From positions 224,001 to 288,000 of the forward strand of contig OZ244744.1 in NCBI GenBank assembly GCA_965219455.1: DNA of 64,000 nt. The letters run 5' to 3'. A program made the position numbers and the translations under genes. The notes below the pieces were generated by a model. It saw only the letters and a program-made list of their open reading frames with translations. It was not told the DNA's origin and searched no databases. This document shows, piece after piece, positions 47,968 to 57,864 of the stretch. The first letter of the stretch is position 1; every line of letters starts with the position of its first letter. The DNA comes from Candidatus Latescibacterota bacterium (GTDB taxonomy: Bacteria > Latescibacterota > UBA2968 > GCA-2709665).

Positions 47968-50211
47968 TCAACCGCCTCCGTCTCCCGGCTCCGGATCCAC
48001 CAACTCGTCCAAAGTCGACCTCAGCTTCCACCGCACACGAAACCGTTCGCGGTCGACCTCCGCCTGCTCCAGCGGCACGGTTACCACCGACCGCAGGTCC
48101 GCATTGATCTCTTCCTCGTCAAGTCGGAACCGCTTCAGTTCTCCGGTTTCCTGCATCGCCGCCTGATCGCGGAAATTGGCAGACTCCGGATCCTCACTGT
48201 TTCCAAAAGGCAGAAGGCTCCAGGAACGAAGAGGATCTGCCAGTTCCACCACCATTGTAAAGGCTGATCCGCCGTGGACGCGGAACCGGCCGCCCTCATC
48301 GGGCGTCGACCAGGTGGTATGCAACGCCTGGGTGCCGGGCGCCGAACCGCCCACCGGGAACTGGCGGTCACCCCGTTCAATCACGTGTACATCGCCCCAG
48401 GGCACATCCAACCGCCCATAGGTCGTCATCATGTGCTCGACGGCCATTCTCAATGCCTCGAGCGCCAGTTTCTCCAAGACCGGTACCTGACTCAGCTGTT
48501 CTGGCAAGGCACCGGAAAGAAGCAGATCGAACCTGGACTTCCAGACCGCAAATAAGAGTGTGCTACGGCTGTCGACTGCCGCCCGGTTGTCCCAGCCGCG
48601 CAGAAGCTCCACAGCGAGCGCCAGGAGTCCTTTCGGGTCGTAGATCTTCCACCACGTTCGATTATATGCGCCTAATATGTAGCCCTTCAGTTCCTCCGCA
48701 GCGATCAGATACGGATCTCTGGCCATTTCCTTCAGTTGACGCAACGTCACTTTCCGGTTGGCCGACAGCCAGGTCAACAGACGCTGGCCCCGGTCGTCCA
48801 ACCCGCCCCAGCCCATGTAAGGAGGAAAGTCCGTGGGCGAGAGCCCGCTGTTTTGAGTTACGAACTCGGGCGCGACATTGCAGTTCTGTAGAAAATCTGC
48901 ACGCGGATTCAGAATTCGGGGGAGCCGCTCGTACCCCATAATACCCCGCCAAGCCGTCTCCGGAACCCAACCTGGGACTGCACTTCGCCAGTCGAATTGT
49001 TCGGCCCGGATCGGGCTGCGCGCACTGTATACATATAACATGCTACCTTTCACGTCGCCGTACAAGACATGGAACATGGGAAGCTCGAGCATCCGCAACG
49101 CGCCCTGGAACTCATCCGGATCCCGAGCCCGATTGATCATATAAAACTGCCCGATTGTATTGACAATCTCCTCGGCGCTGCACCGCCCCGCATACGCCCA
49201 ATCGTCAACAGCCTTGTAGATCGGCCCCTGGTGCGAATAGAGCAATTCACGCTCGACCTCCCGAACTCCCAGGGGTTCCTTGACCCGGATCCGTACGCGA
49301 TGCGTAGACATGCGTCTTTTTTCTTTCTCATACACATACCGCTTCGGATTGGCCGGATCCAGCTTCAACTCATATAGGTCGAATACATCCGCCTCGTTCG
49401 CCGCCAGCGACCATGCGATGTGCCGGTTATGCCCGGCCAGAATTACGGGCAGCCCAAAAAGGGTGACGCCGCCCACGCTCAGCCCCTCGCGGCTCTCGAG
49501 ATGGGCCTCGTACGTCTGAAAGGGCGCCTCCCACGGCAGGTGCAGGTCCATCACGAAAACAGGGTTTCCGGCGGCGGTGCGCGAACCTCCGACGACCCAC
49601 ATATTTGACGTCGCACGGGCACGCAGAAAAGGAGCCAACCCCTTCTGCGCCAGCTCGGGGCGCCCCGTCTGCTCCGCAAACAACATCACCAGCCACCGGG
49701 ACAGCGCCACGACGTCCGTGCCGCCCACGTGCGCCACCCAATCCGGCAACCCCTCCCGGTAGACGTCGACGTAGTGGTTAACGCCGTCCACGAATGCGCC
49801 GATCAGATCCCGCGTTTCGGGGGGCAGCGCGCCGTATCGTTCGACGGCCACGCTCCGGATTCGCCAGAGTAATGCCCGCTCATCGCTCTCCAGGTGGCCG
49901 GCGCCAAGTACCTCCGAGGCCGTCCCCGCCGCCGCCCGGTAGTTCAGCAACATTGACACCAGATGATCCTGGGCTTGCGCGTAGCCGAATCCGAATGCGA
50001 CATCGACGTCCCGCTGACCGTAAATATGAGGCACGCCATAGCGATCCCTCAGAATCCGCGCCCTGCCTTCAGGCGGTTCGAACAGCGAATCGCCATACCG
50101 GACCAGGAGCGAATCCAGCGGGATCTCGGGGAGCAGGATTTCCGCGCTATCCTGAAAAGTGGACAATGGCGCCGGTTCCTCGGCGCCGGCCCATCCGGTG
50201 CAAACCAGCAT
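47968..50211 (-). CDS. penicillin acylase family Ntn-hydrolase
   Basis: RDRYGVPHIYG, GFGYAQAQD, beta-chain start SNMW, HLPW, QNCN. The start is near 50211 rather than ORF start 50613, which overlaps the next gene. Confidence 0.88.
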   Translation of the reverse strand: MLVCTGWAGAEEPAPLSTFQDSAEILLPEIPLDSLLVRYGDSLFEPPEGRARILRDRYGVPHIYGQRDVDVAFGFGYAQAQDHLVSMLLNYRAAAGTASEVLGAGHLESDERALLWRIRSVAVERYGALPPETRDLIGAFVDGVNHYVDVYREGLPDWVAHVGGTDVVALSRWLVMLFAEQTGRPELAQKGLAPFLRARATSNMWVVGGSRTAAGNPVFVMDLHLPWEAPFQTYEAHLESREGLSVGGVTLFGLPVILAGHNRHIAWSLAANEADVFDLYELKLDPANPKRYVYEKEKRRMSTHRVRIRVKEPLGVREVERELLYSHQGPIYKAVDDWAYAGRCSAEEIVNTIGQFYMINRARDPDEFQGALRMLELPMFHVLYGDVKGSMLYVYSARSPIRAEQFDWRSAVPGWVPETAWRGIMGYERLPRILNPRADFLQNCNVAPEFVTQNSGLSPTDFPPYMGWGGLDDRGQRLLTWLSANRKVTLRQLKEMARDPYLIAAEELKGYILGAYNRTWWKIYDPKGLLALAVELLRGWDNRAAVDSRSTLLFAVWKSRFDLLLSGALPEQLSQVPVLEKLALEALRMAVEHMMTTYGRLDVPWGDVHVIERGDRQFPVGGSAPGTQALHTTWSTPDEGGRFRVHGGSAFTMVVELADPLRSWSLLPFGNSEDPESANFRDQAAMQETGELKRFRLDEEEINADLRSVVTVPLEQAEVDRERFRVRWKLRSTLDELVDPEPGDGGG

Positions 50212-50428
50212 GACAACCACGAAAATCCAGATCCTCGCCTGGCTTCGTCTATGAATAAAATCCCCGCAAGTGCGTTTCGAGCCGGTTGGCAGGAACCGCT
50301 CGCGTTCGGGTGACGTGAGGGTTCCTGATCGTATACCTGGACAACCCGTAATCAAAATTGACTCCTGCGACAATCGGCCCGTCGGCAACCCGCGGTGCGC
50401 GGGTTTCAAGGCGTCCGCTTGTCTTACG

Positions 50429-52060
50429 CTAACCACGGCGGCCGTTCCGGGGCAAACCGCGCCGCAACACCCTGCCGGCTCTTTTTCCCGTTGTCTTACC
50501 GTCTTCGACTGCGGCGACGCCGTTGACGAAAAGCCAACGGACCCCTTCTGAATACAGACAGGGATTCTGAATTGTCGCCCGATCCAGCATCCCTCCGGGA
50601 TCGAACAGGACAAGGTCCGCGTGTTTTCCTTCCTGAAGCAGACCCCGACCCGTAAACCCCATCCGTTCGGCGGGAAATCGGGTCAGCTTTCGCACGAGGG
50701 ATTCAAGGGACATCACACCCCGTTCACGTACCAGCGTTCGAATCAGATACGCCATGCCTCCGTAGCACCGGGGATGTTCCCTTTCGCCCGCCAGGGGACC
50801 TGTATTGGCCATTGCCAGACCATCCGAACCCACCCCGCAATACGCCCCCTGCGCGAGACAGTCGATGTCCCGGTCGGTCTTGTCCTCTCCATAAAAGCTG
50901 GCGGCACCGTCTTCATCGATCAGAATATCGCAGATTGCGTCAAACGGGTGCGCATTTCGTGTTCGACCGATTTCGGCGAAGGTCTTGCCCGTCAGGGACG
51001 CGTTAACGGCGCAGTTGCCCAGCCAGAGTTTACTCCAGAGTCCGCGCTGCATCAATACCGTCTTTGTGCTCCCACCAAGTTCCGACCCGCTTCCCTCTAT
51101 CTCTCGCCACATTCGCCGCCGCTGTAAAGGCGCTTTCAATCGTTCGACCATCCTCCCGTTTCCACCCACCAGCGCCCAGGGCGGCAGGAGAGACTTCAGC
51201 GACGTGGACCCGGTCGCATAGAACTCCGTTTCCGCCGTTACATCCTGCCCGTCCGCCTGCGCGCGTTCAATCAGATCGAGCAGACGTGGCGCACTGCCCG
51301 TCGCCGGAGGACAGGGCGTTATATGGGAGGCGTGAACGGGAACCCCCGCCTCCCTTCCAATCGCAATCGCCTCCTCCAGCGCTTCCATAATGGACGCCGT
51401 ATAGTTGCGCATATGCGTCGCGTATATCCCGCCGTACGGGGCGGTCACGGCCGTCAACTCAATGATTTCGTCTGTCCTCGCGCTGCTCCCCGGCACGTAG
51501 GTCAGCCCGGTCGACATCCCCAGTGCGCCATCGGCCATCTGAGCGTCGACCAGTCCCTTCATTTCCTCCATCTCATCCCGGCCCGGCGGATGCGTGGATT
51601 GTCCCATCACCGTGTGCCGCACCGCGCCATGACCTACAAAAAAAGCGGCATTGATGGCTACGCCCTGCCGCTCCAGCGCGTCGAAATACCCGGCCGCGGA
51701 AGCCCAATCCGCCGCGACTTCGGACCGCAGTAGAGCGGACTCGAACGGGCCGAAATAGAATCCGTTACCCCCTACCGGAAATGCGGATATCCCGCAGTTT
51801 CCGCATACGTGGGTTGTCACACCCTGGTAGAGCGCACTCTCGCCCCGTCCGTCGATCAGCAGGCTGTAGTCCGAATGGGTATGGATGTCGATGAATCCGG
51901 GCGCCGCCGTCAACCCGCCACCGTCGATCTCAACCCTGGACGGGCCGGACGCACTGCCAACGGCGGCGATCCTGTCACCGTTGATACCCATGTCGCCCGT
52001 AAAGGCGGACGCACCCGTTCCATCAACGATACTGGCATTTCGGATCAGAACGTCAAACAT
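50429..52060 (-). CDS. N-acyl-D-amino-acid deacylase
   Basis: PGFIDIHTHSD, GNCG, GMSTGL.Y.PG, THMR, GSDG, HPRCYG. Confidence 0.92.
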   Translation of the reverse strand: MFDVLIRNASIVDGTGASAFTGDMGINGDRIAAVGSASGPSRVEIDGGGLTAAPGFIDIHTHSDYSLLIDGRGESALYQGVTTHVCGNCGISAFPVGGNGFYFGPFESALLRSEVAADWASAAGYFDALERQGVAINAAFFVGHGAVRHTVMGQSTHPPGRDEMEEMKGLVDAQMADGALGMSTGLTYVPGSSARTDEIIELTAVTAPYGGIYATHMRNYTASIMEALEEAIAIGREAGVPVHASHITPCPPATGSAPRLLDLIERAQADGQDVTAETEFYATGSTSLKSLLPPWALVGGNGRMVERLKAPLQRRRMWREIEGSGSELGGSTKTVLMQRGLWSKLWLGNCAVNASLTGKTFAEIGRTRNAHPFDAICDILIDEDGAASFYGEDKTDRDIDCLAQGAYCGVGSDGLAMANTGPLAGEREHPRCYGGMAYLIRTLVRERGVMSLESLVRKLTRFPAERMGFTGRGLLQEGKHADLVLFDPGGMLDRATIQNPCLYSEGVRWLFVNGVAAVEDGKTTGKRAGRVLRRGLPRNGRRG

Positions 52061-52141
52061 TGTCGGACCGTTTCCGGAACGCGATTGAACGACACGACGG
52101 AAAGCGGACAACTGACGGAATGCCGTCGGCTCGCGTCACCG

Positions 52142-53263
52142 TCAATAGGGATCTCCCACGTGCCACCGATATTTCTCCACGCCCTCCATGTTCAACTCGA
52201 CCCCGAGGCCCGGTCCTTCAGGCACCACCAGGCAGCCCTCTTCGACCTTCAGCGGTTCGACCAGAATCTCATCCCGCCATTCGATTCCGGTGACAAACTC
52301 CATCGGCGCTTCGTTCGGGATGGAAGCCAGCAAATGCGCCGCCGCCAGAATTCCCACCGGCCCTTTCGTATTGTGAAAGGAAATCGGGACGTGATAGGTA
52401 TCGGCAATCGCCGCGATCTTTTTCACTTCCGTGATCCCACCCGCGTAGATGAGATCCGGCTGTGCGATATCGATTCCATCCAGCTCCAGGAGTTGTCGGT
52501 ACTGCGTCTTGGTGTTCAGCCGTTCGCTGCCCATTATCGGAATGGAAGTCTGGCTTCTCACCTTGGGATACGCGGACAAATCCTCGGGAGGTACCGGGTC
52601 TTCGAAACAGTACAAATCATAGGGTTCCAGCGCACGCGCCAGCCGTACGGCCCCGCCAACGGTAAATCGCCCATGGCAATCCACCAGAAGGTCGATCTCC
52701 GGGCCTACCGCTTCCCTGGCGGCCGCAAAATGGGCCGCCGTTTCGGCCGGAGCGCCGTCGTCCAGGTAGAATTCGAATGGGCGCCCGGTATTCGAACGCG
52801 CACCGGTTTTCAGGGCCCGGTAGCCCCGGTCGGCCCAGTCCCTGGCGCGCCTCGCCGACTCTTCGGGTGTCGCGCCGCTGAAGTGGGTATAAACACGAAC
52901 CCTGTCCCGAAATCTGCCTCCGAGCAACTCCACCAGGGGGAGATTCGCGGCCTTGCCCTTCAGGTCCCACAACGCCTGATCGATTCCGCTCAAGGCGCTC
53001 ATCCACACGGGCCCCACCATGCGCCAGATTCCGCTGAGTGACGAAATCCGATAAATCTTATGCCAGAGATACTCAATCCGCGATACATCCTCACCGACCA
53101 GTTCCCGTTTCATATGTTCAAGCGCCGAAACCACCACGGGCTCTTTTTGCGAATAGGTGGCCTCACCCAACCCCACCGGTCCCTCGTCCGTGTGTACTCG
53201 CACGATTGTCCACTTCCGCCCCGGCGAGTTGATCAATATCGAATCGATGTCACGGATCTTCAT
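52142..53263 (-). CDS. mandelate racemase / galactonate dehydratase family enolase
   Basis: SGIDQALWDLKGK, metal ligands DCHG/FEDP/GSER, QPD, FHN, PGLG. Confidence 0.9.
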   Translation of the reverse strand: MKIRDIDSILINSPGRKWTIVRVHTDEGPVGLGEATYSQKEPVVVSALEHMKRELVGEDVSRIEYLWHKIYRISSLSGIWRMVGPVWMSALSGIDQALWDLKGKAANLPLVELLGGRFRDRVRVYTHFSGATPEESARRARDWADRGYRALKTGARSNTGRPFEFYLDDGAPAETAAHFAAAREAVGPEIDLLVDCHGRFTVGGAVRLARALEPYDLYCFEDPVPPEDLSAYPKVRSQTSIPIMGSERLNTKTQYRQLLELDGIDIAQPDLIYAGGITEVKKIAAIADTYHVPISFHNTKGPVGILAAAHLLASIPNEAPMEFVTGIEWRDEILVEPLKVEEGCLVVPEGPGLGVELNMEGVEKYRWHVGDPY

Positions 53264-53988
53264 GTCGATCTCCCGACTTGCTTACAGGAGGCCACGAATT
53301 CGGCAGACGTAGTGGTGAACCCGATCAGGTGCTCAAACTGGCGAAGCATCATCCGATTCACCCATCCGCCTTCGGGCAGGCTGTCGTCCAGCGTATCGGG
53401 AAATTCGATCTCACCTGGCGGATTGGAACAGTCACGTAAGAGGATCACCCGATAATTGTGGCCCATCGCCTCTGCGCATGTATAGTGCAGACATGCCCGC
53501 CGGCTGTAGCCCACCACAAACAGATTCTCGATGCCCCAGGAGCGCAGCCTCTGGTTGAGAAACGTATCGCGAAATCCGCTCCACATCCACTTCGGAAAAT
53601 TCGGCTCACCGGGGCGCGGCGCCACGCAATCCACGTAGACCGGCTCATAGTCCGGTTTCTTGGTCCAACTTTCCATCACGTCACCGTTGGGCACCTTGGT
53701 CCTGCTCCAGAATTGACCCGCCACACAACCGGGATCGGCCACCAGCCTCAGGTCGTTGTGAACATACGCCACTTTCATTTTCAAGGCCCGGGCCGCCTCC
53801 AGGGCCGGCGCGATGAAATCCCGCGTTGTCGGATGCGGCATCCTTTCACCCTTGAACGAATAGCCTCCATCCACGTCCACAAGCAGGAAACAACATCGCT
53901 CAAACGGCAACCTCAAGTTCTCAAACCCGTAATCGTAACCGCCGGGGTAATCCTTGTAATAACGTACGGGTATCTCAATGCTCGCCAT
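53260..53988 (-). CDS. isochorismatase-family cysteine hydrolase
   Basis: LLVD, PK..WSGF..T, catalytic RACL, RDC. GGAGGAGG RBS. ATGA overlap with the dehydratase. Confidence 0.82.
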   Translation of the reverse strand: MASIEIPVRYYKDYPGGYDYGFENLRLPFERCCFLLVDVDGGYSFKGERMPHPTTRDFIAPALEAARALKMKVAYVHNDLRLVADPGCVAGQFWSRTKVPNGDVMESWTKKPDYEPVYVDCVAPRPGEPNFPKWMWSGFRDTFLNQRLRSWGIENLFVVGYSRRACLHYTCAEAMGHNYRVILLRDCSNPPGEIEFPDTLDDSLPEGGWVNRMMLRQFEHLIGFTTTSAEFVASCKQVGRST

Positions 53989-54117
53989 GAGGGACACCTC
54001 CTCCCGGTTATCGCGCGCTCCGTTGGGGTTCGAGAGGGAGCACGCAAGGAAAAATGCCGTGCACCCAGCCGGGGTTTGTGAGAATCGGGCGGCCGGCGGC
54101 CTCCCGTTCTACTGCCG

Positions 54118-56664
54118 TTAGTTCAGCAAAACCCGGAGGGTCTTGATTTCGAAGGGGGCGAACCCGATGGCATCCCCATCCAGAACGCGCACTCGGCGCT
54201 CCATCAGATCCGCTTCGTGAACCGAGACGACATCGCGGCAGGAAAACAGCCGGGCCTCACAGGATCTGCCGACGGTTTCGTACGCGCGCACAAGCAGTCC
54301 TTCGCCGTCTTCGGCCCGCTTAATCGTTGTACATACGATTCCAGGACCGTCGAGGAAGAGAAATTGCATTTTATCCGGCAATGACTTCTCCGAAACCGAG
54401 TCGTACACGACCCGGGCGTGAAGCCGCTGGCGCAGGTTCCAACCGTCCTGGAAGGCGTTTCCCTGCGCGAAATCGCCCCGATATCCCCGGATGGAGTACC
54501 TGCTTGTCACCACGTCTGGAAACGAGCGCCAAATGACGTTGTAGGAATACGATGCCGGATCGAGGCCGGAATGCAAGACGTCGCCGCGCACTACGCCGGC
54601 ACCGAACTGGAACGCCTTCCGGTCCGAGGCAAGTACAAAACCGCCATCAGATCCATCCACGGCCACCCATCCCTGGCAGACCCGCTGGACTTGAAGCGAA
54701 TCACGCTCAGTCCCGTCTCTCTCAAGTTTCTGATATCCGTGCGGAGTGCCGTACCGGATGGAGTCGCCCGCAACCGGGAAGACCATTTGCACTCGAACCG
54801 GCTTTGGATCGCGCCATTGAAGCCGCAAGTCCACATCCACCCGGTCCATTCCTCCGTAAAGCCGGTACCTGATCTCGCAGGACGACGACATCAGTTTCCC
54901 GGCCACCAGCAACGTCGCTCGCACCTCGCCACTTTCTTCGAGGTCAACGCGTTCGACCGCCATCTCGAACCGCCTGCCGGTGGCGGAGGATCCGCTGGTC
55001 AGCGCGTCCTCCGTTCCGATGACATGGATGCCGTCAACCAGTAAAACGCCCGTACTTCTGTCCGACACGCGCACCCGACCGGTGATTTCGTTTACTTCGA
55101 GGTCGACAAAAGCCGTCCTGAAGCGGCGGCCGATCCGCACATATCCAAATGCTTCGGACACCCGGTCTTCGACATCTTTCAGAACGAACGAGGGCTCAGG
55201 GAAGTCCGGCGTCATCCGCCCGGGCGCCATCATTTCAGGAGGCTGGATGCCCACCAGCGGCTGCGTTTCCGTAACGCCGGGTACAAGATAGTAGGTAGCG
55301 TATCCATTGGCCGGAACCTCTCGCGCGGCGAAGATCAGACTCACCTCTGCCGTCTCCGTCTGCCTGCCCGCGAGTTCCTGAAACGGCACCGTACGACCGG
55401 ACGCGTCCACCAGTTTGTATATTTCGTACCGGGTAAAATCGGTCGCCTCCACGTCCCCGTAAAACGTGACATGTACTTCCACCAGGTCGGTACGCGGCCA
55501 GGAAAGCGGGTTGAACACCACGATGGGCAACCTTCCGTCCGGTCCATCGCGCGGCGTTACGCGTTCCGCGATCATCCTTTCAGCTTCGCGTACAATCCGT
55601 ACCGCTGTGGTGATAACGGCCCGCTGGTCGCTCCGCCTTCGTTCCAGCCCCTCCTTTGCCGCCGCACCGTCGTAGCGGTACGACGTTGCCTCGAGTTGGC
55701 GCAGCCACGCCGCCTTCAGGTCCGTCCCGGGATATGTAAACGGGAAGAGTGTCACCGCCATTGCCGACATCTGCTCGGCCCGTAACAACCCGCAGACGGC
55801 AGGGTCGTTCAGGGGCGCTGTTCCAGGATGCACCGGCTCCAGGTGCGATCCGGCCGGCGAATTCTGCTCGCACACCTCCTTGAGTTGCTCCGTCGCCCTA
55901 AATTGCGGGATAATGTCAGAAGGCGTCCCCAGTTTGAGGTCGACCGCTTCGGCCTTCGCCCACTCCGCCAGTTCAACAAGGGCCGCTTCGCTCGGCCGGA
56001 CCATCAGCCCGCCCCAGTGCAGCGGCAACCTCCCCTCGTGCCTCTCATGCTGTCCGGCAATCGCCGCGTTTCGAGCCCGCCTGGTCTGCGGCGTTCCGCG
56101 AACCGCTTCCCAGAGCAACTGGCTGCCCCCGGTTGCGTTCCAACAGACCACCTGTGAACCGTCGGGCCCCCGCCAGCGGAACAAAACGTCCTGATTCCAT
56201 CCACTTGCCGTCAGCACGATGTGCTCGATTCCGCACTTGAGAGCAACCTGAACGTATTGCGAACTCGTACCGCTCCCGTCGCCCAGATGTACAACCGTCG
56301 GATCCGCGCCCAGCACGTCGCGGGCGAAGGCTTTTCCATAAAGCAGATTTCGAACCAGGTCTTCGCCGGTGGACAGCCGGTGATCCATCTGCGTCCAGCC
56401 GGCCCCCAACTCGAGGCGCCCCGCGGAAACCGCGGCCCGGATCCGTTCCACCGACTCGGGATGCGCCTCAAGATAAGCGTATAGACAGACCAGATCCTCG
56501 ATCAGGAACCTGAAGTCGTCCCGGGCGGCTACCAGGCGCAGGATCTGCGCGATGATCTCCGCCCCGCGAGACAGACACGCCTCTTTGTCACCCAACCCAA
56601 AGAGTGTCAACCGTGAAAACGGAACGACGTATATTGCCTCTTTCGACATGGTGGATTCGACCAT
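54118..56664 (-). CDS. GH38 alpha-mannosidase-like protein lacking Zn ligands
   Basis: GEDLVRNLLYG, FRWRGPDGS, VVFNPLSWPR, C-terminal KRAEDGEGLLVR..FAPFEIKT. SHxD appears as SRLT. Start 56664 or 56649. Confidence 0.82.
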   Translation of the reverse strand: MVESTMSKEAIYVVPFSRLTLFGLGDKEACLSRGAEIIAQILRLVAARDDFRFLIEDLVCLYAYLEAHPESVERIRAAVSAGRLELGAGWTQMDHRLSTGEDLVRNLLYGKAFARDVLGADPTVVHLGDGSGTSSQYVQVALKCGIEHIVLTASGWNQDVLFRWRGPDGSQVVCWNATGGSQLLWEAVRGTPQTRRARNAAIAGQHERHEGRLPLHWGGLMVRPSEAALVELAEWAKAEAVDLKLGTPSDIIPQFRATEQLKEVCEQNSPAGSHLEPVHPGTAPLNDPAVCGLLRAEQMSAMAVTLFPFTYPGTDLKAAWLRQLEATSYRYDGAAAKEGLERRRSDQRAVITTAVRIVREAERMIAERVTPRDGPDGRLPIVVFNPLSWPRTDLVEVHVTFYGDVEATDFTRYEIYKLVDASGRTVPFQELAGRQTETAEVSLIFAAREVPANGYATYYLVPGVTETQPLVGIQPPEMMAPGRMTPDFPEPSFVLKDVEDRVSEAFGYVRIGRRFRTAFVDLEVNEITGRVRVSDRSTGVLLVDGIHVIGTEDALTSGSSATGRRFEMAVERVDLEESGEVRATLLVAGKLMSSSCEIRYRLYGGMDRVDVDLRLQWRDPKPVRVQMVFPVAGDSIRYGTPHGYQKLERDGTERDSLQVQRVCQGWVAVDGSDGGFVLASDRKAFQFGAGVVRGDVLHSGLDPASYSYNVIWRSFPDVVTSRYSIRGYRGDFAQGNAFQDGWNLRQRLHARVVYDSVSEKSLPDKMQFLFLDGPGIVCTTIKRAEDGEGLLVRAYETVGRSCEARLFSCRDVVSVHEADLMERRVRVLDGDAIGFAPFEIKTLRVLLN

Positions 56665-56789
56665 CGGTCAGATCGGCCGTCGCGCGTTGATTAATTGCCA
56701 TAATCAGCCGCAACATGATACGGAACGGCCGATGGCCTGTAAAGAGAAATCTCCCGTTCTAACGGCATCCACGCACCAGGATTAAACGC

Positions 56790-56818
56790 TTGACGCTCTC
56801 CTTCCGCCCGGCTATCTT
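56790..56818 (+). promoter_or_regulatory. orphan sigma70-type promoter
   Basis: TTGACG-N17-TATCTT pointing into the 3' end of the EamA gene. Confidence 0.45.
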
Positions 56819-56876
56819 GGAGCGCCGATTTCCCCTGAAACTTGAGACCGGCTGTCCTTTGCGGCCGGTCCGTCAC

Positions 56877-57725
56877 CTATCCCCCAAACTTGACCAGCAT
56901 CAGACCCAACACAATGGCGCCAATTCCCACGCCTTTATGCCATCCGAATCGCTCGCCCAGAAAGTGAACACCCAGAAAAACGCCGATGACCACCGAAAAT
57001 TCCCTGACGGCAAGAACATAGCTGACCTTACCAAGACGCATGGCGAACAGGACGATCAGGTACGTCGCCATAGAACCGGGCCCTGCCCACAGCGCATACC
57101 TTTTCAGTCCGCGCCACGTATGGACAACCGCCGGCCGGTGCCGCAACAGCACATAGGGGGATAGGAGTACACCCGGAATCAGAAACAGGGAAAAGACGTA
57201 GTGTACCGGATGGATCAGTGATACCCCCTGCTTGTCCACAACGGAATAGACAGCGATCGTTGCGCCTACGATGAGCGCGTACGGTATGGACTGGCGACTC
57301 TTCCGGGATCGCACATCACCAACACCCAGCAGAATAATGCCAAGCAAGACGGCTGCGATGCCCATAACACCCGGGATTGAGAGCCGCTCGTCGATCAGAA
57401 TCCACGCGGCCACGGCCGTTCCTCCCACTCCGGTGCCGCGCGCAAGCGGATATACCACCGAAATCTCGCCCTCTTCGTATGATTTGGCCAGCATCAGGAA
57501 ATACAAGGAATGGGTCAATCCTGTAGCCACGATAAAGGGCCATGCCGCCGCAAGCGCGTCCAACCGAAGGGGAAGAAAACAAACCACCGGAAGGCTTGCA
57601 ACAACCGCGAACCACATTCCTACCCACAGCACCGCCAGATTTCCGGATGCCTTTCGCACCGCGAAATTCCAGGCGGCGTGCAGGACGGTGGAAATCATGA
57701 CCAGAATAAAGGCCTGCATCGGCAT
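56877..57725 (-). CDS. EamA/DMT family transporter
   Basis: HAAWN, GEISVVYPLARG, YSVVDK, VREFSVV. About 10 TM helices. Confidence 0.9.
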   Translation of the reverse strand: MPMQAFILVMISTVLHAAWNFAVRKASGNLAVLWVGMWFAVVASLPVVCFLPLRLDALAAAWPFIVATGLTHSLYFLMLAKSYEEGEISVVYPLARGTGVGGTAVAAWILIDERLSIPGVMGIAAVLLGIILLGVGDVRSRKSRQSIPYALIVGATIAVYSVVDKQGVSLIHPVHYVFSLFLIPGVLLSPYVLLRHRPAVVHTWRGLKRYALWAGPGSMATYLIVLFAMRLGKVSYVLAVREFSVVIGVFLGVHFLGERFGWHKGVGIGAIVLGLMLVKFGG

Positions 57726-57864
57726 CGCGTCACCTCGGTGCGTCAGGTACCGGCCTGAAAAAAATCAAGACCGTCGTCACATCCCGGTCAGCGTACACGC
57801 ACACGCCACCCGTCTCCCGTTACCAACGGACTCATCACACAACCTGCCGTAAAGGATTCCCGTT

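Noticed and set aside
50212-50613. N-terminal extension of the acylase ORF to 881 aa
   Set aside because: It overlaps the D-aminoacylase gene. The signal-like segment begins only near 50211-50250.
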